From positions 1,696 through 65,695 of the forward strand of contig CALXDL010000011.1 of NCBI GenBank assembly GCA_944387055.1: 64,000 nucleotides of DNA. Direction: 5' to 3'. This DNA comes from an uncultured Oscillospiraceae bacterium. GTDB lineage: Bacteria > Bacillota > Clostridia > Oscillospirales > Oscillospiraceae. Numbering within the stretch: the first letter of the stretch is position 1; the number at the start of each line of letters is the position of its first letter. A program made the position numbers and the translations under genes. The notes under the pieces are model-generated. The model worked only from the letters and a program-made list of their open reading frames with translations. It had not been told where the DNA came from and did no database searches. This document shows, one piece after another, positions 1 to 9,600 of this stretch.

Positions 1-1
1 G

Positions 2-184
2 TTGGCTATCGGGCCCCTGGTGCGAAACCTTTCCGTCATTTTGACAGCTATGCCCGCCGGGGCGACTACGGCGATCCTGGCCCTAAAATACAACGCAGAC
101 GCGGCCTTTGCCTCTGCTTGTACGGCACTGACGACCGTGCTCTCGCTGGCCGCTGTGCCTGTGTGGTGTATGTTTCTGCAGTAG
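2..184 (+). CDS. AEC (auxin efflux carrier) family transporter, C-terminal part (truncated by window edge)
   Basis: AMPAGATTAILALKYNADAAFAS...TTVLSLAAVPVW is the typical AEC C-terminus; ends at TAG 182-184. Confidence 0.8.
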   Translation: MAIGPLVRNLSVILTAMPAGATTAILALKYNADAAFASACTALTTVLSLAAVPVWCMFLQ

Positions 185-379
185 GCAGAGACACGCAGGG
201 ACGTCAGATGCTTTTTGAAGGAGAGGGATGGACACAGATGCTGCCGTTGGCAGATCCACACCATCATCGGAGATCCGAGACATATCGTGGAGCAGCATTG
301 GCTGACGGGCACGAATACGCCACGCCCCTGCTCCTGGATTGGATACCGGCTCGAAGTCCCAATACCAGGAGAAAAATCG

Positions 380-410
380 AAACCACCGGCTATGCCGGTG
401 GTTTTCTTTT
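380..410. repeat. Hairpin AAACCACCGGC-TAT-GCCGGTGGTTT: intrinsic terminator and/or IS200/IS605-type terminal hairpin
   Basis: Perfect 11-bp stem followed by a T-rich run; resembles the subterminal hairpins of clostridial IS200-family elements (from recall). Confidence 0.55.
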
Positions 411-1455
411 ATAACGAAAGCTGGTGCCCCTAGTGGACACAGGCTTTTCTGATACGCTCTGAGGGATATGCTCCCGGTCTTCTGATCCGCAGTTCGCCTG
501 AAATGAGAAAGCGCTGCGTCGTAAGATATTCAGTGACAGTCTCGCCAGATCACTAGTAAAAATCTAGCGCTTGCGCTATAAAAGAAGTAAACGTCCACCT
601 GTTGAAATTTCTATCTAAGGGACCGCAGCTGTCAGATGATACTCCAGATGATGGAGATACAGGTGGGGAAGCTGAGAAGTACGTATGCAAGGGGGCTGGC
701 GCCCATGGCGGCAGATGCGGCCATGACACTAGGGGCCCAGACGCAGCGCTGGCACTACGTTTATAACATAAGCACAGGCAGACAATATGAGATTTGAGCT
801 CGCTCCATAGTGATAGTGCTCTGGCGCGCTGAAGGACACCATGATCAGAACATGAGATGGAACAAGAAAAGAGAAGAGCCGACGGAGGAGGACGGCTGAT
901 AGGGAGGATGGTATACGGCCGGGCTCGATTATGAGACTGACATGATGATCCACAAGAATAGGTTGGAGAAGACTCGAGCGGAAGACAAGGAAAAACCAAG
1001 GACAGCATGAAGGCGGGCTACTCGAAGGACCGAGATCACACCATGGCCCAACGGCTGGAAGTCTGGATGAAGATCACACGAAGATCCCCTGTGGCCCTCC
1101 AGGCCTACGGATACACGGATCATATCGGCGCACCGCTCTGACGTGAGAGGAGCCAACAGAGGGTCTCGGTAGAGCGGATAGCGGATCTCGATAGTTGGAG
1201 GACTCCGGACATCCAGCAAAGCTGGCCGATTTTCGGACAGTCCACTGGAGACGTCGGAGAGATCTGCCGGACGCATGTGGTGATAGACTGCTTCCGGCGA
1301 TTCGATATCCAAGCTCTGCAGCCGGACTGTTTGCTCTGGCGAGGATGCTCCATGTGCCCTGGTCAGGGAAATGAAGGAGGCAAGAGCGGTTTTGCCAATT
1401 TTTCCGGTAGATTTTGTGCAAAATCTCTGAATTTCGAATATCGTCCTCCGTATAC

Positions 1456-1484
1456 TTGACAAATTTTATCCAAATTGATATGCT
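1456..1484 (+). promoter_or_regulatory. sigmaA promoter of rrf2 with an overlapping putative Rrf2 operator
   Basis: TTGACA (1456) -17 nt- TATGCT; TTGACAAATTTTATCCAA (1456-1473) recurs inverted at 1943-1960. Confidence 0.65.
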
Positions 1485-1519
1485 CAAATCAAGAACGATA
1501 CAGCAAGGAGGGAGCCGCC

Positions 1520-1924
1520 TTGGTCATCACCCGGGAGACAGACTACGCCTTGCGCATCCTGCGGGCCCTTCTGGATCGGGAGCTGCACGCTGTGGGAGAG
1601 ATCTCCCAGGCAGAGCTCCTGCCCCAGGCCTTTGCCTATAAGATCCTCAAGAAGCTGGAAAAGGCAGGATTGCTGGAGATCCGCCGGGGAACAGCTGGCG
1701 GATGCCGGCTGACGGCGGATTTGGACGAGACCAGTCTCTATGATCTGATGGCAGCGATCGGAGAACACAGCAGCCTGAGCGCTTGTATGGAACCTGGCTA
1801 TGAGTGTTCTTGGCGCAGCACCCACGGCAGCTGCGGAGTCCACTGCAAGCTGCTGGAGATCCAGAAAAAACTGGATGCGGAGCTTCGGTCTCACAGCCTT
1901 CAGGAGATCCTGTTGGCCCCGTGA
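1520..1924 (+). CDS. Rrf2-family (IscR-like) Fe-S transcriptional regulator
   Basis: TRETDYALRIL, KILKKLEKAGL..RG..GG winged HTH; C-x6-C-x8-C-x2-H ligand set; TTG start after AAGGAGG. Confidence 0.92.
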   Translation: MVITRETDYALRILRALLDRELHAVGEISQAELLPQAFAYKILKKLEKAGLLEIRRGTAGGCRLTADLDETSLYDLMAAIGEHSSLSACMEPGYECSWRSTHGSCGVHCKLLEIQKKLDAELRSHSLQEILLAP

Positions 1925-1942
1925 TCTTTGTTTTCTTTAAAA

Positions 1943-1960
1943 TTGGATAAAATTTATCAA
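1943..1960. promoter_or_regulatory. Second putative Rrf2 operator in front of the acyl-CoA dehydrogenase gene
   Basis: TTGGATAAAATTTATCAA; its reverse complement matches 1456-1473 at 17/18 positions. Confidence 0.6.
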
Positions 1961-1980
1961 CTATAAAAGGAGGTAAGGCT

Positions 1981-3891
1981 ATGCTATTCCAGACCACACA
2001 GGCCCACGAGGAGCTGCGGGCCAAGATCCGGGCCTTCGCGGAAGAGGAGATCAAGCCCATCGCATTCATGCTGGACCAGCAGAACGAGTTCCCGGACGAG
2101 GCCATCCGCAAGTTGGGAGAGATGGGCCTCATGGGTATCCCCTTCCCCAAGGAGTACGGCGGCGCCGGGCTGGACGCCCTGAGTTACGCCATCGCCGTGG
2201 AGGAGCTGGCAAGAGTGGATGGCGGCGCCGGTGTCATCTTGTCTGCCCACGTCTCCTTGGGTTCCTGGCCCATCTTTGCCTACGGCACCGAGGAGCAGAA
2301 GCAGAAGTACCTGGTGCCGCTTGCCAAGGGCGAGAAGATCGGGGCCTTCGGCCTGACAGAGCCCAGCGCCGGATCCGATGCCGGTGGCACGGAGACCACC
2401 GCCGTCCTCAAGGGGGACCACTACGTCCTCAATGGCGGCAAGATATTCATCACCAATGCTCCGAAAGCGGACACCTATGTGGTCTTTGCTGTCACCACCC
2501 CCGACATTGGTACCCGTGGTATCTCAGCCTTCATCGTAGAGAAGGGCTGGAAGGGCTTCTACTTTGGGGACCACTATGACAAGATGGGCATCCGCTCTTC
2601 CTCCACTGCCGAGCTGATTTTCGACAACGTGGAGGTACCCAAGGAGAACCTGCTGGGCAAGGAGGGAGACGGCTTCAAGATTGCCATGTCCACCCTGGAC
2701 GGCGGCCGCATCGGCATCGCGGCCCAGGCTCTGGGCATCGCCCAGGGGGCCTATGATGCTGCCGTGGCCTACTCCAAGGAGCGCATCCAGTTCGGCAAGC
2801 CCATCGGCTTCCAGCAGGCCATCTCCTTCAAGATCGCGGACATGGCCACCAAGCTCCGCTGCGCCCGGTTCCTGGTGTACTCCGCCGCCGAGCTGAAGGA
2901 GGCCCACGCCCCCTACGGCATGGAGTCCGCCATGGCCAAGATGTATGCCTCCGACATCGCCCTGGAGGTCACCAACGACGCCCTGCAGATCCACGGCGGC
3001 GCCGGGTTCATGAAGGGCATGGAGGTGGAGCGGGCCTACCGGGACGCCAAGATCACCACCATCTACGAGGGCACCAACGAGATCCAGCGGGTGGTCATCG
3101 CCTCCCACATCCTGGGCAAGGCCCCCAAGAGCGCTGGCGGCTCTTCCAGCCGACCCAAGAAGCCCGCCCCCATCACCGGTGTGCGGAAGAAGGTCATCCT
3201 GCGGGATGGTTCCCCCGCTGAGCAGGTGGCTGCCCTGGTGGAGCACCTGAAGAAGGACGGCCACGACTTCACCGTGGGCATCCCGATGGATACCCCCATC
3301 GCCCAGGCGGAACGGGTGGTGTCCGCCGGCAAGGGCATCGGCGAGAAGGAGAACATGAAGCTCATCGAGGACTTGGCGAAAGCCGCCGGCGCGGCGGTCG
3401 GCTCCTCCCGCCCGGTGGCGGAGACGCTGAAATACGTGCCCTTGAATCGGTACGTGGGCATGTCCGGCCAGAAATTCACCGGCAATCTGTACATCGCCTG
3501 CGGCATCTCCGGCGCGGTGCAGCACCTCAAGGGCATCAAGGACGCCTCCACCATCGTGGCCATCAACACCAACGCCGGTGCCCCCATCTTCAAGAACTGC
3601 GACTACGGCATCGTGGGGGACGTCAACGAGATCCTGCCCCTGCTGACCGCCGCCCTGGACACCGGCGAGAAGCAGCCGGCGCCTCCCATGGTGAAGATGA
3701 AGCGGCCCCGCCCGCCTAAGCCGGAGCCCATCGGCCCCCGCTACGTCTGCGGCGGCTGTGGCTATGAGTACATCCCCGAGCTGGGCGATCCGGACGCGGA
3801 CATCGCCCCCGGCACCCTGTTTGAAAAGCTGCCGGAAGACTGGGTCTGCCCGGAATGCGCGGAGTCCAAGTCCAGCTTTATCGAAGCGTAA
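1981..3891 (+). CDS. Butyryl/acyl-CoA dehydrogenase - EtfA C-terminal (FAD) domain - rubredoxin fusion
   Basis: ACAD motifs [12 protein letters not shown] and [10 protein letters not shown]; EtfA motifs GSSRPV and [12 protein letters not shown]; rubredoxin CGGCGYEY...[10 protein letters not shown]; strong RBS. Confidence 0.95.
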   Translation: MLFQTTQAHEELRAKIRAFAEEEIKPIAFMLDQQNEFPDEAIRKLGEMGLMGIPFPKEYGGAGLDALSYAIAVEELARVDGGAGVILSAHVSLGSWPIFAYGTEEQKQKYLVPLAKGEKIGAFGLTEPSAGSDAGGTETTAVLKGDHYVLNGGKIFITNAPKADTYVVFAVTTPDIGTRGISAFIVEKGWKGFYFGDHYDKMGIRSSSTAELIFDNVEVPKENLLGKEGDGFKIAMSTLDGGRIGIAAQALGIAQGAYDAAVAYSKERIQFGKPIGFQQAISFKIADMATKLRCARFLVYSAAELKEAHAPYGMESAMAKMYASDIALEVTNDALQIHGGAGFMKGMEVERAYRDAKITTIYEGTNEIQRVVIASHILGKAPKSAGGSSSRPKKPAPITGVRKKVILRDGSPAEQVAALVEHLKKDGHDFTVGIPMDTPIAQAERVVSAGKGIGEKENMKLIEDLAKAAGAAVGSSRPVAETLKYVPLNRYVGMSGQKFTGNLYIACGISGAVQHLKGIKDASTIVAINTNAGAPIFKNCDYGIVGDVNEILPLLTAALDTGEKQPAPPMVKMKRPRPPKPEPIGPRYVCGGCGYEYIPELGDPDADIAPGTLFEKLPEDWVCPECAESKSSFIEA

Positions 3892-3926
3892 CGGCCCGCC
3901 AACTGTGCATAAAGGAGGAATACTGA

Positions 3927-5153
3927 ATGTATTGCGTGAGAACTGTCACGAAGGATCTCTACTGGGTGGGCGCCAACGACCACCGCCTGACCCTGTTTGA
4001 GAACATCCACCCCATCCCCAAGGGCGTCAGCTACAACGCCTACCTGCTGCTGGACAAAAAGAGCGTCCTGTTCGATACGGTGGACTGGTCCGCCTGCCGC
4101 CAGCTGCTGGAGAACATCGAGCACCTGCTGGGCGGCAAGCCTCTGGATTACCTGGTCATCAACCACATGGAGCCAGATCATGGGGCCTCCATCGAGGAGA
4201 TCCTGCTGCGCTATCCCGAGGTGCAGATCATCTCCACGGAGAAGGCCTTCCTGCTGATGCGGCAGTTCGGCTTCCACACGGACGGCCACGAGTGCATCGA
4301 GGTGAAGGAGGGGGACACCTTCTCCTTCGGCGACCACAGCGTCACCTTTGTGGCCGCCCCCATGGTCCACTGGCCCGAGGCCATGGTGACGTTTGACACC
4401 ACCAACGGCGTCCTCTTCTCCGCCGACGCCTTCGGTTCTTTCATCGCCCTGGATGGCAAGCTGTTCGCCGACGAGGTGGATTTCGACCGGGACTGGATCG
4501 ACGAGGCCCGCCGGTATCTCACCAACATCGTGGGCAAGTACGGCCCCCATATCCAGCTGCTGTTGGGCAAAGCCGCCGGTATCTTGGATCAGATCAAGTA
4601 TATCTGTCCCCTCCACGGTCCCGTGTGGCGGAAGGACCTGGGGTATTTCATCGATAAGTACGACAAGTGGAGCCGGTACGAGCCGGAGGTGAATGGCGTG
4701 ATGATCGTCTACGCCTCCATGTACGGCAACACCGAGGCCGCTGCCCAGGCGCTGGCTGCCAAGCTCTGCGAGCGGGGCATCACCGACGTGGCAGTGTACG
4801 ACGTGTCCAACACCCACGTGTCCTATCTGATCGCCGAGAGCTTCAAGTACAGCCACATCGTGCTGGCCTCGGTGACCTACAACCTGGGCATCTATCCGGT
4901 GATGAAGAACTATCTGGAGGACATGAAGGCCCTGAACCTCCAGGACCGCACCTTCGCCATCATCGAGAATGGCTCCTGGGCCTGCAAGTCAGGGGACCTG
5001 ATGCAGACCTTCATCGATGAGGAGCTGAAGAACATGACCGTCCTGAACGAGCGGCTGAGCCTGGCCTCCTCCCTCCAGGCGGACAAGGCGGCCGAACTGG
5101 ATAAACTGGCAGATGCCCTGGCGGAGTCCTTGGCAGAGGCGGCACACACCTAA
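3927..5153 (+). CDS. fprA: Flavodiiron protein (FprA, class A; O2/NO reductase)
   Basis: NHMEPDH, HWPE, SADAFG and CPLHG diiron ligands plus flavodoxin YASMYGNT. Confidence 0.95.
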   Translation: MYCVRTVTKDLYWVGANDHRLTLFENIHPIPKGVSYNAYLLLDKKSVLFDTVDWSACRQLLENIEHLLGGKPLDYLVINHMEPDHGASIEEILLRYPEVQIISTEKAFLLMRQFGFHTDGHECIEVKEGDTFSFGDHSVTFVAAPMVHWPEAMVTFDTTNGVLFSADAFGSFIALDGKLFADEVDFDRDWIDEARRYLTNIVGKYGPHIQLLLGKAAGILDQIKYICPLHGPVWRKDLGYFIDKYDKWSRYEPEVNGVMIVYASMYGNTEAAAQALAAKLCERGITDVAVYDVSNTHVSYLIAESFKYSHIVLASVTYNLGIYPVMKNYLEDMKALNLQDRTFAIIENGSWACKSGDLMQTFIDEELKNMTVLNERLSLASSLQADKAAELDKLADALAESLAEAAHT

Positions 5154-5249
5154 CGGTGGCTCGCCCTATCCCCTGAAAAGCGGCATCAGCGACGCACAGG
5201 CGGATAGGAGCAGTGATCCGGACGCTGACGATCGTGCGGTGGGATCCAC

Positions 5250-5374
5250 GAGTAGTCCGTGGCCAGCGGCATCGTGGGCGGCACTACGCAGGGAACACTG
5301 GATATCATCGGCAATGCCCCCGCGCCCAGTTGGCCGTTATCATGCACTGGCACATGGATTGGGGAGCGAAGTGA
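5250..5374 (+). pseudogene. Remnant of a C-terminal S-layer homology (SLH) domain
   Basis: E*SVASGIVGGTTQGTLDIIGNA, then a 1-nt loss, then RAQLAVIMH...*; fits the SLH pattern WAVxxGIxxG...TRAQ with TGG>TAG at 5253. Confidence 0.65.
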
Positions 5375-5384
5375 TACCCATAGG

Positions 5385-5421
5385 ACGAACAGCAGGGCGG
5401 CACTCGCCCTGCTGTTCGTTT
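5385..5421 (+). terminator. Intrinsic terminator-like hairpin after the SLH remnant
   Basis: ACGAACAGCAGGGCG-GCACT-CGCCCTGCTGTTCGT, 15-bp perfect stem. Confidence 0.7.
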
Positions 5422-5801
5422 GGCGCCGTATCTCTGCACAGTTCTATCCACTAACGGTCGCCGCAGATCCGGAAGGACGCTTCTTCCTGGAAGATCCGGC
5501 TCCGTTCTAGGCCCTCCGCCAGGAGCCGTCTCTCCATAGGTGAGCCCGCAGAGAGGGACAGCGCTGTTCATGGGCGAGACTTTCTCCAGAGCCTCACAAG
5601 CGTCCTGGATCTGATGGGGGCATACCGCAGCAGCCCTGCGTCACAACGACCGGTGTCTCTGTATCTGCCGCGAGCGCAGAAGCAACAGCGGTCATGTGAG
5701 CAGTGGGAGCTGCGTCATATCCGTATCCTGTGAACGTTTGGATGCAGAGGATGTGGTGAGGCTGCAAAAGACCCTTATGACAACAAGCTGCTAAACAGGA
5801 G

Positions 5802-5833
5802 AAAAGACACTATCCGACAGATAGTGTCTTTTT
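5802..5833. terminator. Terminator-like hairpin
   Basis: AAAAGACACTATC-CGACA-GATAGTGTCTTTTT. Confidence 0.6.
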
Positions 5834-6108
5834 CATATCTATGCGAAAGGAGCAGTTACAGGAACGAGTTCGATTTTGATCATTACTATGGTGAGCCAGT
5901 TGGAAAGTTTTCATTTCCTGCGAGTCCCCCGCCTGCTAGAGACTGGATCGAACGTGTCCGGCAGGGACAGGGCAAGCCATCCAAACTCTATGTCAAACAG
6001 ATTGTCACGCAAGAGATCCTGCAGCCTCCGGGTCCCGCAGGCAGCCGAAATAGAGACTGCGGGAAAATCGAATGTAATGACACTAAGAAGGATGATAGTG
6101 TTTCGCTC

Positions 6109-6173
6109 TTGTATTATCTTGTTTGATATGGTATGGTAAAATAAAATCAAATTACTAGATTTGTTTTTATTTT
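6109..6173 (+). promoter_or_regulatory. sigmaA promoter and palindromic operator of the TetR gene
   Basis: TTGTAT -17- TATGGT, then inverted repeat AAAATAAAATCAAAT-N6-ATTTGTTTTTATTTT (6138-6173, 14/15). Confidence 0.6.
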
Positions 6174-6189
6174 GCAAGAGGGTGATGGC

Positions 6190-6810
6190 GTGCCAAAGGT
6201 CGCTTACTCGGATGAGGATAGAGAGCGCATCAGAACACAGCTTGTTGCCGTTGGGCTTGAGCTGATGGCAAAACAAGGCATACAACATACGACCGTGGAG
6301 CAAGTATATAAAAAAGTTGGGATCTCGCGGACGTTCTTCTACTCTTTTTTCGCAACCAAAGAAGATCTGATCGTGGAGACCCTTTACTTGCAGCAGCCCA
6401 AAATCATCAAATACGTACAAACGCTGATGGCTGATCCTGTGTTAAGCTGGCGTGATGCTGTGAAGCAATTCCTCCATGCCTGCTGCTATGGAGAGGAAAA
6501 TGGGATCGCGGTTTTGACGATCGAAGAACAACAGCTTATTTTCAAACGCCTGTCAAAGGAGAGCTATCAAGTGTTCCGCCAAAAGCAGCGTCGTCTTTTC
6601 GGAGAGATCTTAGAAAACTTCGGCATCCAGGCAGATGCCGCAAGGATCGATCTATTTACGAATCTAAGTTTGACCGCGATGGTAGTACGCAGAGCCATCC
6701 CCAATACGCTTCCCTTGTTTGTTCCGGAAGCTGCCAATGAAACGGTCGATTTTCAACTGGATGCGATCGTGGACGCCTTGGAGAAATTGAAAACAGCCCC
6801 CACTCCTTAA
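6190..6810 (+). CDS. TetR/AcrR family transcriptional regulator
   Basis: GIQHTTVEQVYKKVGISRTFFYSFFATKEDL N-terminal HTH; GTG start after GAGGGTGA. Confidence 0.9.
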   Translation: MPKVAYSDEDRERIRTQLVAVGLELMAKQGIQHTTVEQVYKKVGISRTFFYSFFATKEDLIVETLYLQQPKIIKYVQTLMADPVLSWRDAVKQFLHACCYGEENGIAVLTIEEQQLIFKRLSKESYQVFRQKQRRLFGEILENFGIQADAARIDLFTNLSLTAMVVRRAIPNTLPLFVPEAANETVDFQLDAIVDALEKLKTAPTP

Positions 6811-6945
6811 AGGGGGGAAAATGAAGATCCGTCCAAATATCATGTTTCGGCGTTATATTCAGACGGATCTCGTTTTGAGCAAAATAAAAACAAGTTTGGA
6901 TAATCGTTCTTATTTTAAGAGGCCGCGGCGAAAGCAAGAACATGC

Positions 6946-7220
6946 GATGAACGCATTTGACCTGTTCGTAAACGAATATCCGCCAGGCAGTGATTTGAGA
7001 AGACCCACCGCTGGAATGCTGGAGCAATTTCGCGGTGACTACATATCGATCCGTAGCCTGAGCCTGGTGGAGATGGAGTAGGTCCTGTCTGCGCGATCGG
7101 TCGGCTCTATCCCCACTTTGGGACAAGGCACCCGGAAGGGATCACGCTGCACGATCACGAAATTTATGATGCTGTGGGCACTGCCCGACACAGTTTCATA
7201 TAAAAACATCGAAACATTTT
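6946..7220 (+). pseudogene. Fused gene fragments, possibly of toxin-immunity type (GAD-like/Tdi1-like N-terminus, SMI1/KNR4-like C-terminus)
   Basis: MNAFDLFVNEYPPGSDLRRPTAGMLEQF breaks off after about 30 aa; downstream LHDHEIYDAVGTARHSF resembles an SMI1/KNR4 end. Family calls are from recall only. Confidence 0.35.
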
Positions 7221-7236
7221 TAAGGAGGAAACGATC

Positions 7237-7722
7237 ATGGGACTGTTCAGCAAATTGTTCAAGGGGCCGGAGATCGATATGGAAAAGAGCAGTGCAAATG
7301 CGAAGAAGATGCGGGCTCTATTTGACCAGGTCGTGGAAGACGGGGACAATTATAGGCTGATCTTCGGCTATACCGAGGATGTGAGCCGGTTCAACTACGG
7401 GTTTGTCCATGGCAGTAAAACGAAGATCGGAAATCTGATCGTGGGCTGGAACGAGGCCAGTCAAACGATCGTAGTCGTTCCCACGGTGCCAGATCTCTCC
7501 GGCTGTGGCGATCCGACCTACTATCGCCGCTCTGAAATCCTGAAAGCCTATCGCAACAAGTACCCTACCGATGCTTTTATCATTTACCCAGACAAAAAAG
7601 GGTATATCGGCATCAATGCCTATGACTGGCTGGAAGACGAAAAACTATACGTCTATGTGTCGCAGGACGAGGAACTGGCCGCTTTTACGAACTTCTTTAT
7701 GAACCAATTTGCAACAAAGTGA
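7237..7722 (+). CDS. Hypothetical protein (161 aa)
   Basis: Strong RBS AAGGAGG, MGLFSKLFKG start, intact protein-like ORF. Confidence 0.8.
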   Translation: MGLFSKLFKGPEIDMEKSSANAKKMRALFDQVVEDGDNYRLIFGYTEDVSRFNYGFVHGSKTKIGNLIVGWNEASQTIVVVPTVPDLSGCGDPTYYRRSEILKAYRNKYPTDAFIIYPDKKGYIGINAYDWLEDEKLYVYVSQDEELAAFTNFFMNQFATK

Positions 7723-7728
7723 GTTAAA

Positions 7729-7912
7729 CATGCCTTTTGGAGAAATTGGCGCATTCCTGCTGTTTCTTGCGGCAGTATTTGTATTTGGCAATCTGTGGTT
7801 TCATTTTATAGAAGCGATCTTAAGACGGATCAAAAAGCGGCTTACACGCAGCAAAAGACCTCCGGCATGGCACACGCTCCCCTCTGACGAGGAGGACAGA
7901 AAAAATGCTTGA
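7729..7912 (+). CDS. Small single-TM hypothetical protein
   Basis: Hydrophobic GAFLLFLAAVFVFGNLWFHFI followed by a basic stretch; sits between 7722 and 7905 with overlapping stop/start. Confidence 0.6.
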
Positions 7913-8381
7913 TATCAACGAGATCAGGAAACGGGCACAGCAAGCCAGCGAACGAGCCGCTGACAGCATGAAAAAGACTTTTGAAAAAACCGAGGAACTG
8001 GTCCAGGAGATCGAGGCCTCCAGCGTTGAAGAAGCTTCTGTCTCTGCTGCGGAGGCACAGATCAACACCAGCACTGAACGGCAGGTGGAAATCCTTGGAG
8101 AGATATTTGGGGCTGCAAGTATGGAGCAGATGGCAGTCAACGAGGAACGACTGCAAAAATGGTAGATGAAAAAGTTGCCGAGACTTCTGCTTCTACTGCA
8201 GAGAACTGGATGGAGCAGCTGCTTGGCGAAGGGATGGGCGCTCTCGCGGCGGTTCTGGAAATGCTGGAGATGGAAGATGCCGAATACGACCTTGGAAGGA
8301 ACAATGGCCCGGCTTGAGGCCATCCCCGAACCTGGACCGATCTCGTACCAAAAAATGGCGCAAAATGGGGATGCTATTTAG
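7905..8381 (+). pseudogene. Frameshifted and truncated hypothetical gene
   Basis: RBS GGAGGA; a 1-nt loss in CAAAAAT (about 8155-8160) breaks ...LQK/MVDEKVAETSASTAENWMEQLLG...; another shift near 8295. Confidence 0.6.
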
Positions 8382-9181
8382 GAGGGATCACGGAAAACGA
8401 GGCTGTCGGTATCCGCTGGGATACTTCCCGTAAGGCCGCAGAGAAGCTGCATAGCTGGCGCAGCCAATGGAAACAGCATATAAAAAACCGTTGGGTCGGC
8501 GGCTGTGTTGATACGCGCCCGAACCTGAAACCAGACGGCGGCTTTGAGATCGACCATTTCAAAGCCGCCGTTTTTTAATGGACACGATGAGGATAAAGGA
8601 GATACGCCGTGCTTTTATCCTTTGTCCATGTCCTTGATTTGTCAAAAAAGCCTGGGCACTGGAAAAAGACATTTTGATAATAATTGTGAAATCGTCACAA
8701 TTTAAACTTTTTTTTCATGAAAGAATATCTGTCAGGTGTTTGATATGATGCGCCGCAGCGGTGAGTCCATCGACTCGCATGAAGACCGGATAGGGCAGCC
8801 GGATACATTTCCCAAGTGGGAAAGCCGGACAGCGGGCGTGCCGGGAGCGTCTGAAAGGGCAGGAGCGAACGGCGCCGCGATGGGGAGCGGCCAAGAGCAG
8901 GGCTGATGGCCGCAACACCGCTGGAAGGATGATGATATTTGCGTCGGCTATGCGTCACAGTGTTGGATGCCACGCCATGGAAATGGGGGGGAGGTACGAG
9001 GAGATCTTGCTGGGACCGCCCATAGCAGGTTTCCGGCTGGGTATAGGGATCGATGGAGAGATCGAGCTGTACTGCTTCGAGGACGAGGCGGGAGAGCAGG
9101 TCAGGAAAGGAGCTGGAGCGAGTTGCCCACAGACCAAAATTTGATAAGCTATCAAAAAAGAAAAATAAATTAAAAAAAGAC

Positions 9182-9213
9182 TTGCATTTTAGAAAAGAGC
9201 ATGGTAATATAAT
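9182..9213 (+). promoter_or_regulatory. sigmaA promoter of tRNA-Arg with A-rich UP element
   Basis: TTGCAT -17- TAATAT (overlapping TATAAT), preceded by A-tracts. Confidence 0.7.
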
Positions 9214-9232
9214 GAAGCTGTCCTTGAGACAC

Positions 9233-9309
9233 GCGCCCTTAGCTCAGCTGGATAGAGCGTCTGGCTACGGACCAGAAGGCCGGGGGTTCGAATCCCTCAG
9301 GGCGTACCA
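9233..9309 (+). tRNA. tRNA-Arg (anticodon ACG)
   Basis: Acceptor stem GCGCCCT/AGGGCGT, D arm AGCTCAGCTGGATAGAGC, anticodon arm TCTGG-CTACGGA-CCAGA, T loop GTTCGAATC, encoded CCA. Confidence 0.98.
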
Positions 9310-9600
9310 CGTCGGAGCAAAGTCCTCTTTGCTCCGACGTCTTTTTATGGCTGAGGCAAAAAAGACGGCATCCGCCCGCTCCATTGCTCCTCCTTTCCAA
9401 CTACGACCCGCTGTGCTGGGCTCGCGGTTGGTGAGCCTCCCCGCAGACGGCATTTTCCGCGAATGAGAAACTATCGATTTTGACTGTCTGTTCCAAAGAG
9501 ACTGCTGATCTCATGAGATTTCAGCGGTCTCTTTGTATGTTCTGGCGGAGCAGAAGCCTTATTCCCGCAGCTTAGCGTACATTGAGTGCACGGCGTATCA
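9309..9600 (+). repeat. Structured non-coding element abutting the tRNA 3' end
   Basis: ACGTCGGAGCAAAG-TCCT-CTTTGCTCCGACGT hairpin starts at the tRNA terminal A; second hairpin 9494-9535; 10/12 copy of the tRNA 3' end at 9589-9600. Confidence 0.5.

Noticed and set aside
440-600. Minus-strand ...SGETVTEYLTTQ resembling the IS200 TnpA C-terminal helix
   Set aside because: Too short, interrupted by stops, and no HUH motif upstream
8682-8702. Palindrome AATTGTGA-N5-TCACAATT as a Rex or CRP/FNR site
   Set aside because: Spacer is shorter than in those consensus sites and no intact gene follows; may be a relic operator
9140-9156. TTTGATA-AGC-TATCAAA dyad upstream of the tRNA promoter as a third Rrf2 site
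   Set aside because: Shares a half-site only, spacing differs, and the AT-rich context makes a chance match likely
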